A DNA stretch of 61,737 nt, filler included, from Choristocarpus tenellus KU-1152 (taxonomy: Eukaryota > Protista > Phaeophyceae), in the NCBI GenBank assembly GCA_964200185.2. It is 11 parts of 11 records of this genome, joined end to end, with 100 filler letters (N's around TTAATTAATTAA, not from the genome) between each part and the next. Parts side by side here need not be neighbours in the genome. Positions count along the whole stretch, not along the records: positions 1 to 5,327 come from CAXNAD020011145.1; positions 5,428 to 10,640 come from CAXNAD020011491.1; positions 10,741 to 15,469 come from CAXNAD020013310.1; 8 more parts are not named here. One strand, given 5' to 3'. Positions 1 to 11,245 of the stretch are shown piece after piece. The translations under genes and the position numbers were made by a program. The notes beneath the pieces are model-generated. The model saw nothing but the letters and a program-made list of their open reading frames with translations, was not told the origin of the DNA and ran no database searches. Each line of letters starts with the position of its first letter. Position 1 is the stretch's first letter.

Positions 1-41
1 CCAAATGGACAGCCGCCACCCCCTCCCAGATACTTTGAGTC
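1..41 (+). mobile_element. MITE family B right end (similar stubs at 10741-10757 and 15570-15594)
   Basis: CCAAATGGACAGCCGCCACCCCCTCCCAGATACTTTGAGTC matches the family B right end. Confidence 0.85.
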
Positions 42-162
42 AATGTTAAATATATAGGATTTTGCAGACAAATTTTGATAGGAAGAGTGTATACTCCTAT
101 CCGAAGCAGAGCACTCCACACAAGTTGGCATGAGACGTTTTGTTTGCATCCTGTTGATCATG

Positions 163-396
163 TCTATTAAATAGCACTTACCTGATTCACATACTGATTT
201 TATATTTGCAGTCGCTGGAGAAGAATTTGGTGCCATTATCTGTATAATTTTAATAGCTGTATTTGCATTTATAGTATTAAAAACTCTGATTAGATTAAAC
301 AGTGAAGGTGATAAATTTGTCCAGTTAGCTGCCGTTGGTATTATCACTCAATTTGGACTGCAAGCTACAATTAACATGGGAGTAACACTAAATTTA
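163..396 (+). pseudogene. ftsW: Bacterial (Rickettsiales-like) FtsW / SEDS peptidoglycan polymerase C-terminal fragment, pseudogenised
   Basis: Frame +1 reads SIK*HLPDSHTDFIFAVAGEEFGAIICIILIAVFAFIVLKTLIRLNSEGDKFVQLAAVGIITQFGLQATINMGVTLNL. It contains the FtsW/RodA signature LP.xHTDFIFAV.GEE.G and Q..IN.GV...L. There is a stop at 172-174, and the sequence ends before the expected PTKGxxLPFxSYGGSS. AT-rich and intronless; not in the ORF track. Confidence 0.88.
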
Positions 397-3300
397 GGTA
401 CTGTGCATCAAATGGACTATAGTGTTGCGCTAAACAATATTAATGTTTTAGTGTAGAGACGAAAAATGTTTTTACATGAACCTCTGTACCCGATCATCAA
501 CAAAATGTAATTTTTACACACAGAACATTATTTTTATCGTGGTTTGCCGTACCTATTAATACCAGACTTGTAACTGTAAATTTGAAAGGTGCTTACAGAT
601 TTGTCATTCTATTATTACAAGTTTACATTTTTTTCCTCGACTGTTTATTTCAAGTTCATTACAGTTCATAAAAATAAACATTGGTGTGGTGTTTGTTTCT
701 AATCACCACATCCGACAAACTAACTGGAACAAAATATTTAAAGGACTAGGATGATCCAACTGTGAGCTATCCATACGTGAATGAGCTTTAGTAAAAAATA
801 GGACACATTCAAGGTGCAAAAGTCGAAACATAGAAACGGAACATAGCATTGCTAGATATTCAACGATGAATCGTATAGTAACGTGTAAGACTATTTGTGG
901 AATAGGTTGCTCTAATGGTTCTTTGTGAGAATTCTGATAGGCTGGAGGAACGTCAAAAGGGGAAAGGGACCGAGCAGGTGGTGGGGGTAGGTGTGTGTGT
1001 TTGATTTTGTACAGGGTCTGCCCAAGAGTGTGTAGAGGTGGTGAACCTATGCACCCTTCCACATGCGCACATGCATGTGTTGCCTGCAGCTTAACGAATA
1101 GCTACGGTGACTTTTCCATCTTCGGTTGGGGCCTTGTTCTCTCCTTCTCGGTACCTTTTCGCTTTTTCGCTCTCGTCCATTTGTCACTTTTGGGCAACTC
1201 ATTCTCTCCTTGACTGTCAGACGTGGAAATCCCTCCCATCAATCTTCCCCTGGTGGATCTCGACAATAGGGAACTTACTGAACCTTCTCTATTCCAAAGG
1301 ATGATATTGTGTTGGTACATACAGTTCATTGTTGCACCACCCATCTACTGCGCAGGAGTCTGTGTATACCATAAATAGATCCATTTTAAAATGAAAGTTT
1401 ACGCCGTTACGTGACTTTTACAACTCTTCAGGAAAGGTTAGAAGGTGAGGCTGCAAGTGACTTGAATTGTGCTTAGTAGTTGCACCTGAGAGAGCTTAGA
1501 TAATGCGCCACAGGGGAGGTATCTAAGACCTTCGTATGTAATTTGCTACCAGTTCTACCACTCACTTTCTTTCCTTTTTTCAGGTTGTCAATTACCAAAC
1601 ATCTTCCGTCTTCCTAAACCTTGAGAAGGGTGAATGAGACTGTAGTGATGTGTCGCCAAGGGGGATGTAGGCCCTTTTGTGTTGGAGATCCATATTTGTC
1701 TTGATAATCGGTTCCACTACAATATCGATCAGTGGCTCGCTTCAAGCATATTGTCTTGAACGAACCAGAACTATACAGTTTCCGTTTGAGGGCCACGATG
1801 CAGTGGACAGGCAGGGAAACCCTGTGATATTTTTTTGTCACTTTTTCGCACGCATTTTTGAAACCCCATCTCTAATTCCAAACTCTAACTCTAACTCGTG
1901 TGTGGAAAATATCTCTATCCAGTCAAGGAAACATTTCTAGCGAAAGTGGTGGAGGACTGTAGTGTGCATTGTGGAACCAAGACCTCTCAAGGACCCACCA
2001 GTTTTCACTTTTCCACACTCATTATGTTTGAGAATGTATCGCTAACTCTAACCCTTATCTGTGTGTGAAAAATAACTTTGAGTTTGTTTGAAGAAGTGAA
2101 AAAATATGCCAGTAGTGGGGCGTCCCCAAGGACAGTGGGGCTTCTTAAGATGGGGGACGTTCAAGTCCACTTCAGCCGTTGACCTTTTTCTGTTTTGTTG
2201 TTCGTCATTATGCAGACTCACCTTTTTTTCTTGATGAAGCATAAATTCTTGTTCGTACTACTATACTACATATTAATGGTTGGTCGTATTACATGAAGGA
2301 GTGTGTTTCGAACTTCGATTTGAAGTACAACAGTAGTAGTTGTAGTCTGTACTCTGACGTCTATGTTAGACCGATCAAAGTTTGTCACAGTACATTTGGA
2401 GCATCGAAGATGTTGCTGAAGGGGACATTCGGATATCGACGTGCGGCCTCTCTATTTTCTATAAAGTCTTCTCCACTGTCATTCTATACGGCTTTGCTCG
2501 ACAAGCCTACAAGAGAAGGAGAGGATGAGACGACTGTTGTGGGCAAGGTGGGTGGGGATGATCCGCAATTGACACCTAGTCTCCTTCACCTTTCAGTCAT
2601 CTAGAAAAGTAATTTCCCAGGGCTCCTAATCATGATGTAAACATCGAAATGTTACCCGCTACACATTGCATTGACCCGCCTCCTTGACAGGTTTTGGAGC
2701 ACGCTGTTGATCTCCAACGAGCGCGACCAGGGGAAGTAATCAAGATTCCTTATGAAGTGACTGTGGCCAGCGGGTAAGACCGGGAGAGCTCATGGTACTC
2801 GAGGAGAAACTCGGCCTCCTTTGTGGGTTCGCGTTCACCAACGATCGTTCCTCCGGTGCTGCACAAATATTGTAGAAGGGACACGCTCGAATCCACGTTC
2901 TAGCGCCCATCGTTAATGTGGAAAGTCTCTGCATGCATCAAGGTCGACATCCTCACCATATGCACCTCTAATGTCATTAATCATCATCCTTCCCAAAGCA
3001 CCCCCCACTAGCTCGGAAGCCCACCTTCGAAGCTATACTCTTTCAAACTCCAACAAAATCTCCGAATTTACCCTTGGAACCAGACTGCGAGACTTTTGGC
3101 AGGCGGCATTCTACTCTCATGATAGGATTACCACCAGTACTCCCTTCGCCAGGTCCTTGGGCCTTCAGGATCAGGTCGGTATGCCACAATATTTTTAAGA
3201 GTCTAATTTTAGTGTCCTGCCCCAATTTTTGACACACTAAATCTTCATACGATACTTGGCGTGTTTACGAATGACAGGTGGATCGGGTTGGGCTCGTCTG

Positions 3301-4269
3301 TGTAAGTTTATTATAGTTCCCACATGCTGGTGCGTGTATAGATCATAGGCCGTGGAATCTATTCTGAGGACATTTTGTACACGAATATCCTCTCCAATAG
3401 TGCTTACAATTGTATGCTGATTTATTTTCTACCGTCCAAGATCCTGGCCTGTGTCATCCCCTCTCCAACTAATGTGCTGAGACTTGCAGACACCTTGCAC
3501 AAAAATCAAGCATGTGCTGCATATAGCATATTGCAATGTGTGGTTTTATAATATCTTCCGGGTTAGATTCCTCCTTCAACCCTGACAAATGTATCCATTA
3601 ACACCACCACTCTTCTACATGGTAATTGTCATTTGTCTGTCCTCCCATTCTCCTTACCGTTTTTGCACCTGTAACGATGGATGTATTATCTACACAGGTC
3701 CTACCTTTTTCACTTATGCTGTACTTAGCCTCTAGCATGTCTCATGCTGAGGCTGCAGTCGTTCAGGTGGCATATCGGAATGCAAAGTACCTTTGGCCCG
3801 GCTTTGCAGGTTTGTCTAGTTCAGCAACATAATTTACATTCACTGGATGCTTTTGCTCAGGGATATCTCGAAGGTGCCCCAACCCATTAAAGAACAGCTT
3901 GTATGCATTCGTGCGAATTTGGGCATGACACTAAGCAGGTGTCTGGGTGTTGCCTCTTACACAGAAAGGAAGATACCACGTATTGTTTGTTTCTGCAGTA
4001 TTGTGCCTGAAGCATGGACTACCCAGGTTGGCTCCAGGGTGTGGCTAAAGGAAGAGACAACTGCCTCGATACACCAGTTGCTTCTCATGCTCTTCTCCAG
4101 TAACATAGCTGCAGACCCTGCGGCCGCAAAGTCGACCTGAAGAGCCTGCATGCAACTCACCGCCTTAAATCGGATTCGATTTGCTGGCGTTGCCTCTTGT
4201 GTTTTGTTTGCTTCGCTGCTGCGGTTTGTATGTGTTGGCGCGTGTGAATTGTGTTGCTTGACCAATCAG

Positions 4270-4545
4270 GCGACACGTTCACGAAAACATTTGAGATCAA
4301 GCGCATTCGAAACACGTCTGGTGGGGAGACCAGTACATTCGACTTCACCTGCAGGCTCGTGAACCAGCGGGGCAAGATATGTCTTCAGTGTGACAAGACG
4401 ATGATGTTCCCATTCTTTGCACCACCCTCAGCCGGTTGGGCGGCCGACTCTGTATCAATGGAGGAGTGGGGGAAGGCAGGAGGAGAGAGTGGACTCTGTC
4501 AAGATGGTTTGAAGGACCACATTGTTAAGCAGGCCGAGAAATTGG
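4270..4545 (+). CDS. Internal exon of a hot-dog-fold (MaoC-like dehydratase) protein, possibly a stramenopile MaoC/CitE-type fusion
   Basis: AG acceptor at 4268-69, GT donor (GTGAGT) at 4546, 276 nt, symmetric phase 1. Reads GDTFTKTFEIKRIRNTSGGETSTFDFTCRLVNQRGKICLQCDKTMMFP..., resembling the MaoC GDT...NQ.G motif region. Confidence 0.6.
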
Positions 4546-5192
4546 GTGAGTCTCTGCAGTGATGTTTTTGTCATTGAAAAGGGCATGGCAGCAGCGATGG
4601 GATGACCTTTGCAGCGCTGCCGATACCTTGCCAGAAATTCTTTTTTTATTGTAAATTCTTATTATTATATTGTTTTGTCGCTAGTGTTTTGCGTTCATTG
4701 TTGTTGTGGAATGTTTAGTGTGGTTACTATCGTGTTTTGTGTCGTGGTACTGGAACAGATGCATTGGAAGGCGATATGACGGGGGAAAAAAAAAAGAAGA
4801 GAGGGGGTTACTTGTGTATTGGCTATCAATACGACATTACAAGTCTAGCCAGTGCATTTTTTAGGTTAAAAGTGGGCTGAGGCTTTCTGTAGTAAGCTAA
4901 GCCCTGTAGAATCGTATTGTGATCCCCTTCCTTTCCTCAAGGTTCCACGCAGTTTGCCGGGGTCGATGAAGTTTCGCTCCGAGAGCGGTCACCGTATGGT
5001 GCAATAGCATCATTGCATGTTTCTAATCAATGGGAAGGGATTTGTTTCAGTAATGTGGCATTAGCTACCATGAATTGTGTCGGGGAAAACTTTCCTTTGC
5101 GAAACTTGAAGAATCGTCAAGAGTTGCATTGTGTTCTTGTATTGTATTCTTAAGTCCTTGACATCTATAACTGCTGGTATTCATACTGTCCA

Positions 5193-5252
<60 letters not shown>

Positions 5253-5327
5253 CCTTCCCCCCTTCTCTCTCCACCATTCCACCCACTTATCCCCAAATCT
5301 CACATCTCACCACTTGCCTTTTCTTTA

Positions 5328-5427
5328 NNNNNNNNNNNNNNNNNNNNNNNNNNNNNNNNNNNNNNNNNNNNTTAATTAATTAANNNNNNNNNNNNNNNNN
5401 NNNNNNNNNNNNNNNNNNNNNNNNNNN
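5328..5427. other. Artificial contig spacer (also 10641-10740, 15470-15569, 28512-28611, 33500-33599, 37962-38061, 41646-41745, 46892-46991, 50584-50683, 58408-58507)
   Basis: Identical N44-TTAATTAATTAA-N44, with stops in all six frames. Confidence 0.99.
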
Positions 5428-5985
5428 CACCCCTCTGGACCTCAGGCTTCCTGTACTCCACGTGGCCCCCAACCCCGCCACCAACTGACCCAAGCACTCC
5501 CAGCACTGCCCTCCTAGCCCCACCTACCGCTCCCACCACCCCACACACTTCGTTACCTGCCTCTCCTGCCCCCCCAGTCACATCTTTCCCAGCCTTTTCA
5601 TCCCTCCTCATCTGGCATCACCACCTTGCCCACCTCAATTGCTGGGATTTCCACCATTCAAAACCATCCATCCCACTGTTCTGACCTTCCCTACCACCGA
5701 CCACCTCCATCCATGCCCTTGCGCACCCCAAAAATTTCCACCACACCCAGGCACCCCCTTAACGTTGTCTGCAGCGACGCCACAGGGCCAGTGTCACCAA
5801 CCTCACTTTCCGGGACCCACTACACAATAATCTACACTCACTTCTCTACCTGCATGCGCCACGTCTACTTCATTTGATACAAGGCAGGTGTGTTTACTAC
5901 CCTTCAGTGCTATCGTGCCGACGTTGCAATCCCCCCTGGCCTGTCCACCAAGATCCTATGCTCCGACAACAGCGGCAAGTACACA
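5428..5985 (+). mobile_element. Decayed C-rich Ty1/Copia element: GAG-pre-integrase and integrase core fragment
   Basis: HPLNVVCSDATGPVSPTSLSGTHYTIIYTHFSTCMRHVYFI matches rve PLxLVHSDxxGP...SxxGxxY. Downstream KILCSDNSGKYT matches xLRSDNGGEY. Stops and frameshifts present. Confidence 0.85.
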
Positions 5986-8150
5986 GGAAGAGAACATGTT
6001 GTATTCTGAAGAATAGAAGATAGGTCTGGGTTAAATGACCTTTATGGAAGGAGTTCAGGAATAGGAAACATAGTAGCATCTAATCCGTGATTAGTGGATT
6101 AGTGAACCACAGAATAGGATTTATTTGATGGCAAGGACCCCCCTTCGGCTTGAAGGCTCAACCCTACTTTCTCCTTCCTTAGCTTCACCTACAGCGTATG
6201 TCCAACCCAATTAAGGAATCAATCAAGTCATTATATACACAAGGCCTTAGAAACAACAGACTCTTTAACATGCTAGGTAGCATTACTTAATTGAAGGGGA
6301 TGCTAAGTTAAAATTGTTTTGAGGAATCCCGATGGAGGTGTCTAACGGTAACAGCAAACGTGCTATGAGAAGTGCAGGGTATAGAGGATCTACACCAGTA
6401 ACAGGGGTTGAAGATGGTGGGGAGGAAGTTGAGTCTGACTTTAAGGTGAAGAAGAGGGTCGGGGTGGTAGCAAAATCACGCACTTGTGCAAGTTCTTGAG
6501 GAGAGGGCCTGCAATGACTCATGCCACCCCCTGTGAAGTTTGTGGTGTATGACGGTGGTGATGATGGGGAGGAAAGATGTCCTGCGTTTCGAGAGAAAAC
6601 TATTTACATGTGCTTCTATGGGTGGATGGAAGGATGTCCTTTTAACCCAAGACCATATAAGAGCGAGTTGCGTCATTTTTGATGCAATGAAATGGACAAA
6701 GAGAGAAATCCAAAAAGCCAGTATGGCTATGGTGCCTTTGCTGATGGATTTACGTGGACTTGCACAACAAATTACTAACAACTATGATAGTCCGTTTGAG
6801 GCGTTCGAAGCACTTAGGAATCAGTTTGCTTGTAACTGATTACGGAGCCATTTTGTGTTCCAAGTTAAATTCTCATCTACCTGACTTTGGAAGATCCAAC
6901 CGTCGTTATTATGCAGTTGGACGGCTGGTGAAGAAGATGAGGCGGATTGATGATAAACCTAGTAAGGAGGCCCAACTGAGCGCAATACACCATTGACTTG
7001 ATGAGCATATATTACATTTTTGGAGAATCAGATAGGTTACTGGGACAGGGCATGCAACCAGACTCGATCTTCAAAGGAGAGTTTGTGAGATATTTTGTAT
7101 ATACGTAAGTGCCAAAAAGAAAGATGGATGTAAAGCAATGGTTGGGAACTGATAATGAGCGGAGTCCATTTGCGAGGTGAAACTCCAGGGTGCCGAAAAG
7201 ATTGAAAACCAAGACGTGTGGAGTGCTGGCTGTGTGGTGGACCACACCTTCAATCTTCTTGCCCTTCTATCTTTTCCTCGCGTTTTGGATCTTACACAAG
7301 AACTTACTCTGTTTGTGGAGTGACAGGGCACACAACTTAGAGCTGCCCCAAATATGATGAGAATATTGGAGTGAGTGGGCAGGGATGGAGTAATTCTAGA
7401 TCAATCACTACAAGAAAGAGGAGAAACAGGAAAGGAAAGGGGAGAGGTAGTGGCAACAACACTGGTGAAGCAAGAGACAAAGAAAAGCAAAGCAAATGGT
7501 ATAGCAGTACAGCTTGGTGGTCGATAAGAGATGTGATGAGAGTGTAGAGGAATGGGATGAGCTTCGGTTCTTTGCCAGTGGGTGTTTGGGACACGTGGCA
7601 AACAACCCTACTGCTCTGATAGATCCAAAACTTGTGGTAGGGACACCAGTAACTTTTGAAAACGGAAACATTATCTACAAGTTAGAGCCATAGATGATTT
7701 GTCACTTCATTTTGTACAGAATGTGGGAGTTTCCAGCGTCATCTTTCATAATGTGTCACTTCTCCCTGGGTTAAATTTGATGTCTTCTCCATGTTTCAAG
7801 ATAGTAAACAATCAGGGGGAGAATTAAAATGGAAAGGGGAAAATTCTTTGCTATAAACCCGTTCTGGAGGACCTGTGGATTGGAACTTGAGCGGGAAGAA
7901 CGATGGATTATGTACTTCGAAAGCCAATGAGAGAAGCTTGTTGACACTTTCTCACCCGAACACAAGACATGATGAGAGAGAGGCTCGTGTCAGGACCAGT
8001 TCTTGCCCAGGAGGAGGTAGCCACAGACTAAATCACCCCCCCACAAGGACTGGAGTAGATATCGTTGCAGGGGGGTCGTCTGAGGAGATTACAAGGTCAG
8101 AGGAGGATGTTGCGGCAACAAGTGAGCATACTCTTGGAGGGGTTGAAGGA
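5986..8150 (+). mobile_element. Decayed Ty1/Copia family 2: 5'-truncated LTR (to 6270), gag with two Zn knuckles, protease, pre-integrase
   Basis: LTR ends ...TTAACA at 6270 and is homologous to 47380-47713. Knuckles VECWLCGGPHLQSSCP and SVCGVTGHTT*SCP. Protease FASGCLGHVANNP (DSG motif decayed) and HNVSLLPGL. Collinear with 47770-49405. Confidence 0.82.
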
Positions 8151-8156
8151 GATGAC

Positions 8157-8414
8157 GAGTCAAAGTATCTTAGAGAGTGGAGCCGCGTCCATTTGGGGAC
8201 CAAAATCGAATATTTCGATTTTGATGTAATTTTGGCTATCGTGTTTGTTAGGAAGTGTCAATATCCTTGTTCCGGACACACCTCTTCATAAAATATACAT
8301 TTTTTCTATTTCGAAATGTTCCGGAGTAGGAAAATATCATAAAAAACAAGTGGGAAGCCAAGCACCCAACGGACAAACAGGGCAAGACTCGTACCCTCTA
8401 AGATACTTTCACTC
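8157..8414 (+). mobile_element. MITE family A (about 255 bp)
   Basis: TIRs GAGTCAAAGTATCTTAGAG... / ...CTCTAAGATACTTTCACTC; nine copies in the window; no coding capacity. Confidence 0.9.
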
Positions 8415-8419
8415 AAACC

Positions 8420-8702
8420 TGGACAAGACCCTCAACACAGCACCCACTCAAGACTGCCTCGAACACATGACAGAACCTGCTCAAGACCCACCCCCACCTA
8501 TCACAGAAACTGCCCAAGACCCCCCTTACCACATCACAGAACCTGCTCAAGATCCCCACCTCCCTGCCACATCACAGCACCTGCTCAATATCCCCACCTT
8601 AGTGGTGTGTGTGGAGGGGTGGTCTTGAGCAGTTGCTGTGATGTGTTGTGGTGGGTCTTGAGCAGGTTCAGTGGTGTGTGTATAGGGGTGGTCTTGGACA
8701 AG
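8420..8702. repeat. About 33-bp minisatellite (CACATCACAGAACCTGCTCAAGACCC...), about 5 units on + then about 3 inverted units
   Basis: CTGCTCAAGAC-type units at 8420-8598 and GTCTTGAGCAG-type units at 8600-8702. Confidence 0.8.
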
Positions 8703-9990
8703 TGATGTGTGCAGGGGGGTAGGTCAATGGGAGAGGTGAGTAGGGCTGGGGTGGGAGTAGGTGATACCGGGAGGGCAGGTGGGCTTAGGGTGTCATTTGG
8801 TTGGTGGAGTGAGTAGGTAAAGACGGAAGGGCAGGTGTGGGAATGTTTCGGGTGAGAAGGTGGCGGTTTGGGGGGGGACACGGGGAGAAGTCCAAGGAGT
8901 ACAAGGCGTCCAAGCTCCGAAATTCGTGTCTGGCCATTGTAATTCAGTAGATGTGGGTGTAGGTAGTCACTGTAGTCCAGCCAGTAGTCGCCATAGCACA
9001 GATGGAGTACAAAAATGACGGCTCGAACCAAGTACCAGCAGGACAATAAAGGACAATGAGACAGGTGATAATGAGTGTTGCTGCAACAGTCCAGTGAAGG
9101 TGGCTTGCCAATGGGTGAAAGAGTCTCAGAGGGTACGAGGTTTCCCATATTTGTCTATTTGCGGCTTGACTTCCCACGGTTTTTTTATAACATTTTCCTA
9201 CCCCGAAATGTTTCGGAGTAGGTAAAATGTGCATGATATTAAAAGGTGTGTTCAGAACAAGGATATGGACACTTCTTAACAAACACGATAGCCAAAATTA
9301 AATCAAAATCACAACACTGAATTTTGATCCCCGAATGGACGCAGCTCTACCCTCTCAGATACTTTGACTCATTGTGTAGGGAGATGGAGGTTCCCCATGT
9401 CGGGGGCAGTGATGGGATGGGCAGGGGGTATATAGGGTGTGACAAGAGGTGGTGGGTGGTGTGTTTGGCGGGAGGGATTAGCCAGGGGAGGAGTTCTGCA
9501 GCCAGGGTGAGGTATGATTGTGGTGAGGTCGGTTGTGGGTGTGTCTTGTACTGTGAGTGTGTGCTTGGACGTAACTGGTGGTAGGTGGAGGGGGGAGGTG
9601 GTGGGTGAGCTCAGGGCAGGTGATGGGGGTGTTGATGTGGTGCTCGGCATTCTGTGTCAGTGAGAGGGGTGTGTGATGTGGTAGGAACACCGGGCGTCAG
9701 GGAGTGTGGCAGGGTCGTGGAACGGTGGTGGGTTGGGGGCATCGGGTGGTGGTCAGGTGGAGACAGAAGAACTGTTTGGAAATTGGCGCAGGGGGTGTCC
9801 AGTTTGGTGAGAGTAGCTGCAGTGGAGAGCTCGATCAGTAGGAGTAAGGCCGAGGGGGTCCCCGACTCAGCTCTTAGCCTTGCAGAGGCGGATGAGACAC
9901 TGGTCGGGGTTATTGCCCCCTAAAGGAGTCCGTGAAGGTCTTGCGCAGGTCCGTGGCAGGTAGCAACGAAACTGCGTAACAGCCGGTTGT
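8700..9990 (-). mobile_element. Second decayed copy of the C-rich Copia family (gag knuckle and protease region), interrupted by a MITE
   Basis: Minus strand LIVLYCPAGTWFEPSFLYSICAMATTGWTTVTT resembles the Copia protease LxxVLYVP...NLxSV..AT..G. A CSYH...H...ECR knuckle-like segment lies near 9650-9690. Nucleotide similarity to 5445-5530. Confidence 0.6.
9113..9370 (-). mobile_element. MITE family A
   Basis: Reverse-complement copy, inserted in the Copia remnant; flanks AAT/ATT. Confidence 0.9.
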
Positions 9991-11245
9991 CAACTTCTAC
10001 ATATAGGATGGTAGGTGGAGTGGTAGTGTTAAGCATGTGCATTTTATTCATGTGTAAAAGATGATTCTGTGGGAGAAACATTGTGTTGTTGAACTATTGT
10101 TGGAAAACGGGATAATTGATGGTAATGTCTGTGTCAGGTGACTATGAAAATATTATCCGGGTTATTATAGTACAGGAGGGAGAATCCTTTAAAATGAATG
10201 TTGTAGCAAGTAACATAACAAGTAACACAGATTGAGTGACGAGTGAAAGGTTTATCGCCCCCCTTCTTGAACGATATATCTCAATCCAACTTTCTACCTC
10301 CTGCAACATAACTGAGGAGGAATTAATCTACATGTTTCAATATCAACACTTAAGGTTCTACACATTTTCTAACAGGTAGTGGTGAAAAGACCAGAAGCTC
10401 GCTGGATCAAAACTCGCTGGGTCCGAAGGGGCCACACAGCTCCAGATGCTCACGAAGCAGAGTTCAAACTCGTTTCAAGGGGAGTCATCGTCAGGGGAAA
10501 TAGGTGGTGTTAGCTTGCGGTTCCAAGGCGGAATAGTGGGTTTATCTAGTGTGTAGTTGGTGGAAGTACAAGATATGTTACAGGCGCCCCTCAATGCTCA
10601 CCTTCCAGGATGTACAACTCAAATCCAACGACCTCAAAACNNNNNNNNNNNNNNNNNNNNNNNNNNNNNNNNNNNNNNNNNNNNTTAATTAATTAANNNN
10701 NNNNNNNNNNNNNNNNNNNNNNNNNNNNNNNNNNNNNNNNCCCTCCCAGATACTTTGAAGTGGTCACTTCTGCGCAATGAGAATGAACGTAGCCCTTTTT
10801 TTTTTTCCCCTGCACACTATAAATATCGAAAGACGATGGACAATTAATAACAAAATATGGTGGACAGATAGCAAGGGGATTTCTAATCTCTTTGTGCGTC
10901 CTGCATATAGTTCACAGAAGCTAACCCATCAACATCGAAAATATGACAACATAATTGAGTTAATGTGGTATCATGTTTGGCTAATAGATGGTATCCTTCT
11001 GATTTCTACCTTTGAAAATAAACCTAACCTTAACGGAAGTGTGAAAAGAGATCAAGAGGAACTTTAGGCCGTACATTCAACTAGAAGTTGTGAGATATGT
11101 GGTGTGTTCCTGGGATAGTTCCCCAGAAGGCAGGCACCCACCCTGAAACAACACATTTGAGACATTCCTATTCAAAATCGTGATTCTTCTACTCCCCCTT
11201 TTCGACTGCCCTACACTTCCCTAGATGCCATGTGGTTGGTCTCAC

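Noticed and set aside
5131-5327. Polyproline/polyglycine ORFs
   Set aside because: Poly-C run at a contig end.
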